From contig DATILF010000333.1 in assembly GCA_035476755.1 (NCBI GenBank), positions 992 to 64,991 of the forward strand: a stretch of 64,000 nucleotides of DNA, read 5' to 3'. This document shows, piece by piece, positions 52,490 through 62,834 of the stretch. The position numbers and the translations under genes were made by a program. Under the pieces are notes generated by a model. The model had not been told where the DNA came from. It ran no database searches and saw only the letters and a list, made by a program, of their open reading frames with translations. Source of the stretch: Ramlibacter sp. GTDB taxonomy: Bacteria > Pseudomonadota > Gammaproteobacteria > Burkholderiales > Burkholderiaceae_C. Numbering within the stretch: the stretch's first letter is position 1; every line of letters starts with the position of its first letter.

Positions 52490-55400
52490 TCGCGAAGCAC
52501 CTCGACCAGCAATTGGACGGGGTGGCGCAGACTTTGCTGGGCAAACCGCCGCGTCTGGCAGCGGCAGGAGTACCCGGTGGCAAGCACCTCCCGGTGCGCA
52601 CTGTCGGACTTGCCGGGCTGCGCGAGCAGCCGCCCCCATGAAGAGCCGAAGATCGCCTCGGAGGTGGCTCGGTGCCGCCGTTCATGGCCGTAGGTTCCCG
52701 CCATCCCGCAGCAGCCAGCGACACCTGTGGCCAGGGCAACTCCAAAGCGCGAGCAGACTTCGGTCCAGAGCGCGGTGGCCTGCGGCGCGGTGGTCCTCTC
52801 CGTGCAGTGCGGCAGCAGCACGAACTCCCGCAAGCCAGTCGCATCAGGCTCCTTCCTGACCGTCGCGGGAAGCGCCACCGAGGCCAACCACTCTTGCGGC
52901 AGCATCACCTGCAGATCCGATGCCGCTCCCCCGAGCTTTCGGTACTCCTGGCGGTAGGTCAGTGTCACGGCGGGGTCCAGCCCGACCATCGGCACTCCGA
53001 ACGAAGCTATCGCGCCAAGCGCGGCGGCGTTGCGACCCGCCACGCGCTCGAAGTGTTGCCGGAACCCGTGCACTTGGAGCGGCTTGCCATTCGGCAAGTA
53101 CGGCGCCATGAACACTCGCATGCCCAAAAGGCCAGCCAGCTCAACGAGTGCACCGAACACCTCCGTGTCGAAGTAGCGCGTGAACGCATCGGGCACGAGG
53201 ATGACGGACTGTTTGCGCTGCGCCTCGCTCAATCGGCCCAGCACCTGGGGCTGCGCCGTTTCGACACCCCATCGACGAAGGACGGGGCCGATGCTGAAGC
53301 CGCTCAGCGTCGGTGCGTCCACGAGTCCGATGCGGGCCTGAGCCCAACGTCCCACGCGTGAGCCCATCACCGCGTTGCTGACACCGGCCATGCGCCCCAT
53401 GTACGGCGCGGCCTGCTCCAGCATGCCCACCGCATAGTCTTTGATCGGACGGCGGTAGCGCTGGTGGTAGAGCTCCAGAAAGCGCGCTCGGACGTCCGGT
53501 ATGTCGACCCGGACCGGACACTGCCCTGCACACGACTTGCAAGCGAGACAGCCCGACATCGCTTCGTAGACAACGTGCGAGAAGTCGTCACGCGCCGGCC
53601 CAGGACGCACGAGTTCCTGGCAACGCAACGCGAATGTGCGCCACCATCGGGGCGGCCGAAGCGTCGCGTCCAGTACGTTGACACCTGCCAGCCCCTGTCG
53701 CCGCAGCCACTCGCGCATCAGCGTCGCCCGGCCCTTGGGTGACTGCTCGCGTTGCCGGGTGGCTTTCCAGGATGGGCACATCGCGTCATCCGGATCGAAG
53801 TTGTAGCAGGCGCCGTTGCCGTTGCAATGCATCGCATTGCCGAAGCTTTGCCAGATGCGGGCCTCAATCTGCCGATCGTACTCACCTCTCAGGGGAACGC
53901 CGTCGATGCGCAATAGCTGCTTGTCCCGCGAGTCCGCGGTGACCGCGATCTTGCCCGGATTGAGTTGGTCGTACGGGTCGAACGCGGCCTTGAGCGCCTG
54001 CAACGCCGGGTAGAGCGGCCCGAACACTTCAGGCACATACTCGGAGCGAACGCCCTTGCCGTGCTCACCCCACAGGAGGCCGCCGTACTTGCGTGTGAGC
54101 GCGGCCACGCTATCCGAAATGGGGCGCACCAGGGCGGCCTGCTGCGGGTCCTTCATGTCCAGCGCGGGGCGCACATGCAGCACGCCTGCATCGACGTGGC
54201 CGAACATTCCGTACGCCACGCCGTGGCTGTCCAGCAGCGCTCGGAACTCGGCGATGTATTCGGCCAGGTGCTCGGGCGGAACGGCTGTGTCTTCGACAAA
54301 CGGCTGGGGACGCGCTTCGCCCAGCGTGTTGCCCAACAGGCCCACCGCCCGTTTGCGCATGCCGTAGATCTGTTCCACGGCGGCGGCAGACTTCGCGATG
54401 GTGTGGCCCAGGCGCGTAGTGCAACCCTCCGCCGCGAGGGCTGCGCAGAACGCATCGACCTGGCGCAGCAGCAAGGCCTCATCCTCGCCCGCGAACTCCA
54501 CCAGGTTGATGCCCATGGCTTCCTGTGCGTCGGCGCGGGGAAAGAACTCCGCGATAGGGGGCCAGACGATGTCTCCCCGCGCCAGAGTCAGTACCTTCGA
54601 GTCCACGGTCTCGATGGACAGGGGCCTATGCGCCATGAGCGCCTGCGCATCTCGCAATGCGTCCATGAAGCTGGCGTAGCGCAGGTTCACCAGCATGGAA
54701 TGGCGCGGCAACGGCAGGAGGTTCAGGGTAGCCTCCACCGTGAACGCCAGGGTTCCTTCCGAACCGCACAAGACGCTGTTCAGATCGAAGCGCCCATCGG
54801 GGCGCTCGAGGTGCGCGAGGTCATATCCGGTCAGGCAGCGGTTCAAGCGCGGGAAGCGAGCGGCGATCATGCCGGCCTCTTCGCGCGCAATGCGCTCCGC
54901 GGTGCGGTAGACGTCGCCGATGCGGTCTTGCCGCTCGCATAGCGTCCGCAGCGCGGGAGCGTCGACGGGCTCGCTGCGCAGCCGCTCGCCACCGCGAAGC
55001 ACCACCTCGAGCGCCAGGACATGGTCCCGTGTCTTGCCGTATGTGCAGCTGCCCTGTCCGCTGGCGTCCGTCGCCACCATGCCGCCAATCGTGGCGCGAT
55101 TGGACGTGGAGAGTTCGGGTGCGAAGAACAGGCCGTGCGGCCGCAACGCCGCATTCAGCTGGTCCTTCACCACCCCCGCCTGCACGCGGGCGCGACGGTT
55201 GACATGATCGATTTCGATGATGCGGTTCATGTGGCGCGAAAGATCGACGACGATCCCGTCGGTCAGCGCCTGGCCGTTCGTGCCGGTGCCACCGCCGCGC
55301 GGTGCCACGCTGATCCGCCGATGACGAGGCTCCGCCAGGAGGCGCGCGAGGCATGCGACGTCGTCGGCGTGGCGCGGATAGACCACGGCCTGAGGCAGGC

Positions 55401-55608
55401 GCTGATAGATCGAGTTGTCCGTGGCGAGGACAACCCGGTCCCCGGCACCCGCGCCAGCTTCCCCGGAGAAACCCGCATCCGTCAGCTCCCGCAGAAAAGC
55501 TTGGGTTGATGCGCTAGCAGGCGCATCGAATGGAATCCGGGCGATCGCGATGGCCCTGCGCGCGGTCGGCGGTGCCGCGGCCCCGCCTCGAAGCGGCGTG
55601 GCCGTCAT
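52477..55608 (-). CDS. ydiJ: FAD-binding/Fe-S oxidoreductase YdiJ (D-2-hydroxyglutarate dehydrogenase)
   Basis: ATDNSIYQ, PRGGGTGTNGQ, STSNRATIGGM, GSEGTLAF, LWGEHGKG, CNGNGAC, CLACKSCAGQCP, CCGMAGTYGHE. Confidence 0.9.
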   Translation of the reverse strand: MTATPLRGGAAAPPTARRAIAIARIPFDAPASASTQAFLRELTDAGFSGEAGAGAGDRVVLATDNSIYQRLPQAVVYPRHADDVACLARLLAEPRHRRISVAPRGGGTGTNGQALTDGIVVDLSRHMNRIIEIDHVNRRARVQAGVVKDQLNAALRPHGLFFAPELSTSNRATIGGMVATDASGQGSCTYGKTRDHVLALEVVLRGGERLRSEPVDAPALRTLCERQDRIGDVYRTAERIAREEAGMIAARFPRLNRCLTGYDLAHLERPDGRFDLNSVLCGSEGTLAFTVEATLNLLPLPRHSMLVNLRYASFMDALRDAQALMAHRPLSIETVDSKVLTLARGDIVWPPIAEFFPRADAQEAMGINLVEFAGEDEALLLRQVDAFCAALAAEGCTTRLGHTIAKSAAAVEQIYGMRKRAVGLLGNTLGEARPQPFVEDTAVPPEHLAEYIAEFRALLDSHGVAYGMFGHVDAGVLHVRPALDMKDPQQAALVRPISDSVAALTRKYGGLLWGEHGKGVRSEYVPEVFGPLYPALQALKAAFDPYDQLNPGKIAVTADSRDKQLLRIDGVPLRGEYDRQIEARIWQSFGNAMHCNGNGACYNFDPDDAMCPSWKATRQREQSPKGRATLMREWLRRQGLAGVNVLDATLRPPRWWRTFALRCQELVRPGPARDDFSHVVYEAMSGCLACKSCAGQCPVRVDIPDVRARFLELYHQRYRRPIKDYAVGMLEQAAPYMGRMAGVSNAVMGSRVGRWAQARIGLVDAPTLSGFSIGPVLRRWGVETAQPQVLGRLSEAQRKQSVILVPDAFTRYFDTEVFGALVELAGLLGMRVFMAPYLPNGKPLQVHGFRQHFERVAGRNAAALGAIASFGVPMVGLDPAVTLTYRQEYRKLGGAASDLQVMLPQEWLASVALPATVRKEPDATGLREFVLLPHCTERTTAPQATALWTEVCSRFGVALATGVAGCCGMAGTYGHERRHRATSEAIFGSSWGRLLAQPGKSDSAHREVLATGYSCRCQTRRFAQQSLRHPVQLLVEVLRDQKL

Positions 55609-56627
55609 GCCAGCACCGGGCTCGCGGTGGTCATCCCGAAGATCGCGGTCGCATTGCCTGCGTCGAACTGCAGATCGAGGGTCTTCTCGCCCCCCGCTTC
55701 ATCCACGTGCCCGCGCGAAATGAACTCGTAGAACGAACCGGGTACGCTCCGGCGCACCACCCTGCCCTGCTCATCGGTGAACTCACGATCGACAAGCGCG
55801 GCCCGGAAGGCCGTCTGTCGCACCCGGCCGGACTTCGAAACTTCCACCACGTCCTTGATCGGGCGACCCAGTCGCCGCTGCGCCACGGCGACCGCCTCTA
55901 CGTCCTCGACACGGTCGGTCGCGTGATTGAACGCGTTGCCCTCCGTGGCGATCCACGCCATTTCGGCCGATTCGGCCAGAAGCAACTCGTAATCACACAG
56001 CGGAAACACGCCGTGGTGCCGCGCGAAACAGGCTTGCATGGCGGGAAGGAGTATCAGCGCCTCCGCATGAGAAAGCGATTGGTCGCGCGCGAGCTGCTCG
56101 AGCAGCCCGGCATGCTGGGGAGTCAGCGGATCTCGCGAAGCGCCGATGACGCGGCTCACCGCAAGCTGAAAAGACGCGGAGAACCGTTCCGGATGAAGCT
56201 CGGACACGAAGAACTGGGCAATCTCCTCGGGGAATTCCGCGTGCGCCCAGGAGCGTCCCGTCATTTTGAGCCGCTCCAATGGGTAAGTTCCGTTGTGCCG
56301 GTATCCCAGCGCCCTCAACACGCGCGTGATCGCCTCCTCGCCACGCGGAAGGGCGCCAGTTGGCCATCGCACGGTACGCAGCGCGCCGTGGTCGAAGTGG
56401 ACCTTGCCACCCGAGTGAATGACATCCTCCACATAGGCACGCCCCGCGGGCACTCGTTCGATCAGGTCGGCAAACAGCAGCATGTTCAACGCTTGCGCGA
56501 GCTCAGCCTGCGTCACCGATTCCGATTGCGGGCCCAAGAGCGGGGGTTTTACAGCGATGCGGTCGAATGCTTTCCACGTCCAGTCCGCGCCCTGAAGATC
56601 AACCAGGAGTTTCTCAATATTGCTCAT
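55605..56627 (-). CDS. hglS: DUF1338 2-oxoadipate dioxygenase/decarboxylase (hydroxyglutarate synthase-like)
   Basis: FDHGALRT, FFVSELH, EGNAFNHAT, GSFYEFISR; ATGA-coupled to ydiJ. Confidence 0.8.
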   Translation of the reverse strand: MSNIEKLLVDLQGADWTWKAFDRIAVKPPLLGPQSESVTQAELAQALNMLLFADLIERVPAGRAYVEDVIHSGGKVHFDHGALRTVRWPTGALPRGEEAITRVLRALGYRHNGTYPLERLKMTGRSWAHAEFPEEIAQFFVSELHPERFSASFQLAVSRVIGASRDPLTPQHAGLLEQLARDQSLSHAEALILLPAMQACFARHHGVFPLCDYELLLAESAEMAWIATEGNAFNHATDRVEDVEAVAVAQRRLGRPIKDVVEVSKSGRVRQTAFRAALVDREFTDEQGRVVRRSVPGSFYEFISRGHVDEAGGEKTLDLQFDAGNATAIFGMTTASPVLA

Positions 56628-56719
56628 GAAGTAGCGCCCTCTTTCAAAGTGAGTTTGTCGGATCGGCATGAAGTTTCACTTCGGAGAACGCGGAGCGCAA
56701 ACGCATAATGCGCATGAGA

Positions 56720-56738
56720 TCATTAGCAAAGTCAATGA
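56720..56738. promoter_or_regulatory. Putative LysR box
   Basis: TCATT-N9-AATGA palindrome immediately upstream of lysR start, divergent from hglS. Confidence 0.55.
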
Positions 56739-56739
56739 A

Positions 56740-57642
56740 ATGCGTCGCAGACTCCCGTCGACCACTATGCTTCTGGCGTTCGAGGCGGCAGCCAGAGCCC
56801 TGAGCTTCACGCAGGCAGGAAAAGAACTGTCACTGAGCCAGAGCGCCATCAGCCAGCAGATTCAGGGGCTCGAAGATTTCCTCGGGATTGCGCTGTTTGT
56901 GCGGGCGCGGCAGCGTCTGCAGTTCACCGATGCGGGCCGCCTCTTCCAAAGCCGCATCACCCCCGCGCTCAATAACCTGGAAGGAGCGATCCTCGAAACA
57001 ATTACCAGCCAGCGCAGCGGCAGCAGCCTCAACATCGGCGTCCCGCCGACCTTTGCCGCCAAGTGGCTGATTCCGCGGCTGCCGCGGTTTGCGACGCAGT
57101 GGCCGGGCGTCGCGGTCAACCTGGTGAGCAGCGTGGGCGGACCTGACCTGACAACCAACCGGTGGGATGCCGCGGTTTATTTCGGCTCGCCACTGCAAGA
57201 GGACCGCGTCCTGTGCGATCGGCTGATGGGGGAAGAATTGGTGGTGGTCTGCAGCCCCTCGGTGAGACCGCAGTTGCGCCGCCCCGAGGATTTGGCCGAT
57301 GCGGCGCTACTGCACCTGAGCTCGCGCGAACATGCCTGGACGGACTGGTTGTCGCGTGCCGGCGTTGGCAGCATCCCTTCGACCAGGGGGGCAAAGTTCG
57401 AGCTGTTCAGCATGGTGTCGCAGGCGGCGGCGGCCGGCCTGGGCGTCGCGGTGCTCCCGCGCTTCCTGGTGCTCGATGAACTTGCGTCCCGCCAGCTTGT
57501 GATTCCATTCGGCCCCTGCGTTGGCAGCGCAGAGCAAGGGTACTTTCTTGCAAGGCCGGCGGCCAAGAGCGAGTGGGCGCCGTTGTTGCATTTTCGGCAA
57601 TGGCTGATGGAGGAAGCGGCAAACAATCCGGTACCTGCTTGA
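56740..57642 (+). CDS. LysR family regulator (GcvA-like)
   Basis: MRRRLPS..LLAFEAAARALSFTQAGKELSLSQSAISQQI, KWLIPRLPRF. Confidence 0.92.
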   Translation: MRRRLPSTTMLLAFEAAARALSFTQAGKELSLSQSAISQQIQGLEDFLGIALFVRARQRLQFTDAGRLFQSRITPALNNLEGAILETITSQRSGSSLNIGVPPTFAAKWLIPRLPRFATQWPGVAVNLVSSVGGPDLTTNRWDAAVYFGSPLQEDRVLCDRLMGEELVVVCSPSVRPQLRRPEDLADAALLHLSSREHAWTDWLSRAGVGSIPSTRGAKFELFSMVSQAAAAGLGVAVLPRFLVLDELASRQLVIPFGPCVGSAEQGYFLARPAAKSEWAPLLHFRQWLMEEAANNPVPA

Positions 57643-57661
57643 AAGCGACCCCAGTCTGTTC

Positions 57662-57726
57662 ATACCAATGCGGTATTACGTGTGCCCCAAAGAGTATTGG
57701 ACTGCATGCGTCGGCCCTTCCATAGT
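57662..57726 (+). promoter_or_regulatory. CatR/ClcR-type LysR-dependent promoter (third copy)
   Basis: ATAC-N7-GTAT (57662-57676), second GTAT 21 bp later, TTGGAC 57697-57702, CATAGT 18 bp downstream. Confidence 0.72.
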
Positions 57727-57753
57727 GCGGGCTTGCGACAAACGGAGGATGAA

Positions 57754-58521
57754 TTGGAATTGCACGCCGCACCGGTCGAAGCCGCAACCGCGGATACTGC
57801 CCAGCACGAAAAATTGGCTCGAGTCAATCTCGCCGCGATGTACCGTCTCGTCGAGCAAAGCGGCTGGGGCGAAGGGATCTTCAACCACATCTCCATGCGG
57901 GTGCCGGGCTCCCCTCGCGAGTTCCTCATCAAGCCGCACGAGCTCGGTTACGCGGAAGTCACGGCTTCCAACCTCGTTCGCGTCTCCATGGATGATGACC
58001 TTGACGAGCGCTCCGGCGTGAACCGTCCCGGGTTCGTGCTGCACAGCACGATCCTGAAAGCCAGGTCCGACGTGAACTGTGCACTGCACGTCCATGTGCC
58101 TGAAGTTGTGGCGGTGGGCGCGCTGCGGCGGGGCCTGCGCATGTATTGCCAGGCAGCACTGCGGTTCTACGAGCAGCTCGGCTATCACCCCTACGAAGGC
58201 CTCACCGAGTCTCTTGAAGAAGGCCCGCGGATGATGAAGGCCCTGGGCAGGAACGGCGTGGCACTGCTGCTGCGCAATCACGGAGCCGTCACGGTATCAG
58301 AAACCGCGTGGGGTGCGTTCTCCTTGATGCGCTATCTGGTCAGCGCCTGCAAGATCCAGTTGCAGATCGAAGGCGCGGGCGGCGAGGCTGTTGAGATTTC
58401 GCAGGGTGCCTGCGAGTCCGCCCGCAAGCAGCTTTCGTCTCACAACACGGGCCGAGCTGGAGCGGATTGGCCGGCCTGGCTGCGGCGCCTCGACGCAGTC
58501 GACCCCACATACCGGTTTTGA
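57754..58521 (+). CDS. Class II aldolase/adducin family protein
   Basis: IFNHISMRVPG, VTASNL, GFVLHS, LHVH, LRNHG; TTG start inferred after GGAGG and downstream of the promoter. Confidence 0.88.
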   Translation: MELHAAPVEAATADTAQHEKLARVNLAAMYRLVEQSGWGEGIFNHISMRVPGSPREFLIKPHELGYAEVTASNLVRVSMDDDLDERSGVNRPGFVLHSTILKARSDVNCALHVHVPEVVAVGALRRGLRMYCQAALRFYEQLGYHPYEGLTESLEEGPRMMKALGRNGVALLLRNHGAVTVSETAWGAFSLMRYLVSACKIQLQIEGAGGEAVEISQGACESARKQLSSHNTGRAGADWPAWLRRLDAVDPTYRF

Positions 58522-58531
58522 AACGCTGGCA

Positions 58532-59452
58532 ATGAAACTCGCCTACGTCGAAACGGATGGCCGCCGCTTCGTGGCTGTTCGCAAGGGCGCCAACTTTGTC
58601 GATCTGTCCCGCTCGCCGCTGCGCTGGAACAAAGGACTCACCGACCTCCTGGCCTTGGGGCCTGATGGGCTGGCTGCAGCGCGATCCGCCGTTGCGAGCG
58701 CCGATGGCTCCTCGCTGGTCGATCCCGCGGCCGTCACTTACCTGCGCCTCAATGAACCGCATTGCGTCACTTGCGTCGGCAGCAACTATGCGGCGCACAT
58801 TCGAGAGCGGGCGAAGCCGTTTCCAAAGGAACCCAGCTGCTTCTTGAAAGGCCTGCCGGCTTTCGTCGCCCACCGGCAACCACTCGAACGACCGGGAAAT
58901 TCAGAACAGTTCGACTACGAGGCGGAGCTGGTCATCGTTGTCGGGCGCGCCGGCCGCCATGTGCCGATCGAGCGGGCGCTTGACTTCGTGGCCGGCTACA
59001 CATTGATGAACGACGGCTCGGTGCGCGACTTTCAGGAGCGCTACAGCAACATCACGCTCGGAAAGAATTTTCCGGCCAGCAGCGCGCTAGGCCCCGAGAT
59101 GGTGACGGCTGACGACGTGCCGCCGGGAGCGCACGGGCTGCGCATCTCCACCCGCATCAACGGCAGCACGGCGCAGGACTCGAACACGGCCGACCTGGTC
59201 TTCGACGTGCCGATGCTGGTCTCGCTGGTCTCCCATACGGTGGGATTGCGTCCAGGCGATCTCATCGCCACCGGCACGCCATCTGGCGTGGCTGCAGGCA
59301 TGACGCCTCCGAAGTGGCTGAAGGCAGGCGATGAAATCGAGATGTCCATCGAGGGCGTTTGCACACTCTCCAACATCGTGGTGGATGCCCTTGTTGCGCC
59401 AGCTGGACACGGCTACGACCGGGCAGCGTACGCACCGAAGGTCTTGCGATGA
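58532..59452 (+). CDS. Fumarylacetoacetate hydrolase family protein
   Basis: VGSNYAAH, DYEAEL, NDGSVRD, GKNF, PGDLIATGTPSGV. Confidence 0.92.
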   Translation: MKLAYVETDGRRFVAVRKGANFVDLSRSPLRWNKGLTDLLALGPDGLAAARSAVASADGSSLVDPAAVTYLRLNEPHCVTCVGSNYAAHIRERAKPFPKEPSCFLKGLPAFVAHRQPLERPGNSEQFDYEAELVIVVGRAGRHVPIERALDFVAGYTLMNDGSVRDFQERYSNITLGKNFPASSALGPEMVTADDVPPGAHGLRISTRINGSTAQDSNTADLVFDVPMLVSLVSHTVGLRPGDLIATGTPSGVAAGMTPPKWLKAGDEIEMSIEGVCTLSNIVVDALVAPAGHGYDRAAYAPKVLR

Positions 59453-59574
59453 GTCATACGGTTGACGCGCTGTTTGCGTAGGCCCGGTCCCGCCCTACTT
59501 TCAGGTGCGCCATGCTGCATGCCTCGCATATGATCTGCAGCATTCGACATCTCCCGGGGCAAGGCCCATTCATC

Positions 59575-60504
59575 ATGGCGGACTCGTCGCGAACCTTGGA
59601 CCTGCGTCAGGTCGCATTGTTTGTGGCCGTGGCCGAAGAATTGAGTTTCACCCGTGCGGCCTTGCGAATGCACATTTCGCAGCCGCCGCTGAGTCGGCAA
59701 ATCGCACGGCTGGAAGACCAACTCGGCATGCGGCTGCTGGAACGCTCACGCCAGTCGGTAGCACTGACGGCCGCCGGCAAGGCGCTCCTGCCTGAGGCGC
59801 GTCGCCTGTTGGAACTGGCGACACGGGCGCCGGAAGTGGCAAGGCGCGCTGAACGCGGCGAGACTGGAACGCTGCGGGTCGGATTCGTGGGGTCCATGAT
59901 CTACACCTCGATTCCGACGCTGATCGGGAGATTCAGGCGTACCTACCCGGATGTGGAAATCGTGCTGCACCAGTTGACGGTGTCTAAGCAGGTCGAGATG
60001 CTGGTCGCCGGCGACTTGGACCTGGGGTTCCTTCGCCATCAGCTGATCCACGAGCAACTGAGCTCCAGGCTGCTCTTTCTCGAGCCTTCGATCGTTGTCC
60101 TGCCCCGGGATCACCCACTGGCGGCGCAACGCACGATCAACCTCCCCGACCTGTCACGCGACAAGTTCATCTCTTTCACGCGTCAGGATGGCCCGGGCTT
60201 TTTCGAGCTCCTGCTGCGCATCTGCGGCGAGGCTGGATTCTCTCCGCAGATCGTGATGGAGGCCAATCCTCTGTCCACCGTGATCGGCCTGGTGGCCTCG
60301 GGTGCCGGTATCGCCGTTGTTCCTCAATCCATGAGTCGCCTCAGGATTCGCAACGTCGTGTACCGCCGGCTGGCGGGAGCCCGGACCACGAGTGAACTTC
60401 TACTGGCGTGGAAGAAGGAAAGCGTGCCGGCCACCGTCACCAACTTTTTGGCGTTGACTGGTGAAGATGCGCAATCAGCGACCCTCAGTAGTCATCCAAC
60501 TTGA
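59575..60504 (+). CDS. LysR family regulator (BenM/CatR/AlsR-like)
   Basis: VAEELSFTRAALRMHISQPPLSRQI, GTLRVGFVGS, GLVASGAGIAVVP. Confidence 0.92.
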   Translation: MADSSRTLDLRQVALFVAVAEELSFTRAALRMHISQPPLSRQIARLEDQLGMRLLERSRQSVALTAAGKALLPEARRLLELATRAPEVARRAERGETGTLRVGFVGSMIYTSIPTLIGRFRRTYPDVEIVLHQLTVSKQVEMLVAGDLDLGFLRHQLIHEQLSSRLLFLEPSIVVLPRDHPLAAQRTINLPDLSRDKFISFTRQDGPGFFELLLRICGEAGFSPQIVMEANPLSTVIGLVASGAGIAVVPQSMSRLRIRNVVYRRLAGARTTSELLLAWKKESVPATVTNFLALTGEDAQSATLSSHPT

Positions 60505-60529
60505 CCAAGTCCCGGTTCAGCGCGCGAAC

Positions 60530-61069
<540 letters not shown>

Positions 61070-62518
61070 CTACGGCCGGCCCAGCAACTTCGCCAACGCA
61101 GTAATTGCGGGGCTGCTATGCGTCATTCCAATGTTGAATCGCATGTAGCCCTCGTATCGCGAGTCCGATGAGAACGCGCTCCCAGGCGCGGTCAGATGGC
61201 CGCTTTCCAGCATTGTGCGTGCGAGTGAGAGGGCGTCCACTTTTTCGCCCAAACGGCCCCAGAGAAACAACCCCGATTCGGGCTTATGGTCAAACGCGAT
61301 TCCGATGGCCTCAAGCTGTTCAATGACTGATTCGCGTTGCTCGTCCAGCTTCGATATCAGTTGGTCACAGATGCGCCTGTAGTTGCCTTCCGACAGGACG
61401 CCGAGCACCGTTCGCTCTGCAAGGGTCGAGTTGGAAATGATGTTTGCAGAACGGAACTGGGTGAGCCATTGAACTCTCTCAGGGCTTGCGGCAATAAAGC
61501 CAACTCTCAGTCCCACCGCCAATGTCATGGAGAAGCTGCCGATATAAATCACGCGCTTAAGTTGATCCAGGGTCGCTAACCGCGTTAGTTGTCCGGCCAT
61601 GCTGGAAGGCGCCAGATCGCTGTACGAGTCGTCTTCAACGATCGTCAGATCGAACTCCTCTGCCAGACGCAGGAGTTGAAACGCTTTGTGTGGCGTCATG
61701 TAGCTTGATGTGGGGTTCTGCAGTACCGAACTGCAGAAGAAGAACCTGGGCTTGTGCTGTTCGCATAGCGCCCTTAACACTTCGAGGTTCGGACCATCGG
61801 CCTCGCGTGGGACAAAAGCGATATCGAGCCCCGTCGCGGCAAGGTGCTGCAAGAGCATGAATGGCCCCGGTGACTCGCCAAGCACGATTTCGCTTTGGAC
61901 CCGAAAATAAAACGCCTGGATCACCAAATGCAGTGCTTCAGAAGCCCCAACAGTGGTCATCAAGGACTTCGGTTCCGCATTGATCCCTAGCTCCAACAGC
62001 TTTGACTGAATGATTTCCCGCAGTGGCAAATAGCCCTGCGGATCGGTGTGCGACGCCAGCAACCGGTGGTTCGACCGGGCAACATTTCGCATGGCCTGGG
62101 CAATCTCTGACTCATTGATCCACGCGGCAGGCATCACGCCACTGCCCATGTGAGTTACGTGGTCAACCAGCGGCCTGACGAGTTGCCTGTGCCATAGGTA
62201 TGGATGAGAGAGCGCCTGGTCAGACCAAGGGGGATGCCGCTCGACCTGACGAGGTGTCCTGCGCGCCAGCTTCACATAGCAGCCGGATCCACGGCGCGCT
62301 TCCACGAAACCATGAGCGACCAGCTTGTCATAGGCCCGGGCAACGGTGTCGCGGCTGACATTGCAGTCGTCGGCCAATTGCCGCACTGACGGCAGGCGCC
62401 GTCCAGCAGTCAGCTGACCGGCCTGCACGGCCTTGACCACCATCTGAAAGATCTGGTCAACCAGCGACGTGGCGCCTGAAATTGCTGCTGCTGCCTGAAG
62501 GTGGGTTGTATTGAACAT
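61070..62518 (-). CDS. MocR/GabR-type GntR regulator with aminotransferase-like domain
   Basis: RLPSVRQLA...VSRDTVARAYDKL..GFVEARRGSG; QNPT, IVEDDSY, GSFSMTL. Confidence 0.9.
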   Translation of the reverse strand: MFNTTHLQAAAAISGATSLVDQIFQMVVKAVQAGQLTAGRRLPSVRQLADDCNVSRDTVARAYDKLVAHGFVEARRGSGCYVKLARRTPRQVERHPPWSDQALSHPYLWHRQLVRPLVDHVTHMGSGVMPAAWINESEIAQAMRNVARSNHRLLASHTDPQGYLPLREIIQSKLLELGINAEPKSLMTTVGASEALHLVIQAFYFRVQSEIVLGESPGPFMLLQHLAATGLDIAFVPREADGPNLEVLRALCEQHKPRFFFCSSVLQNPTSSYMTPHKAFQLLRLAEEFDLTIVEDDSYSDLAPSSMAGQLTRLATLDQLKRVIYIGSFSMTLAVGLRVGFIAASPERVQWLTQFRSANIISNSTLAERTVLGVLSEGNYRRICDQLISKLDEQRESVIEQLEAIGIAFDHKPESGLFLWGRLGEKVDALSLARTMLESGHLTAPGSAFSSDSRYEGYMRFNIGMTHSSPAITALAKLLGRP

Positions 62519-62834
62519 ATCGGTCTCGCAATTAGGGCACGGACTTGCCATCTGAGGCCCACCTTAGAGGTACGGCACCATCTCTTTCCAAGGGGAATCC
62601 CTCAAATGTGTCAGGTCAAAACGTTCAGGCCAGTTTGCCAGAAAATTGTCAGATGTGTACTGATTTGACATGAAATCGATCGCTATTCTTCCGTCACTTG
62701 GTACGCATCCAAACAGCTACGCCGCGTGTTGCGACAGGTCGGACTTCCACAAGGAGATCCGAGGCTACAAATAAATGCAGAGGGACGACTGACGTGAGTG
62801 CTTTCGAACTTAAAACATCCTTAACGAGGTCATA

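Noticed and set aside
62774-62792. Tiny ORF MQRDD as a leader peptide for the TonB receptor
   Set aside because: Five codons, SD too far away, no attenuator structure evident
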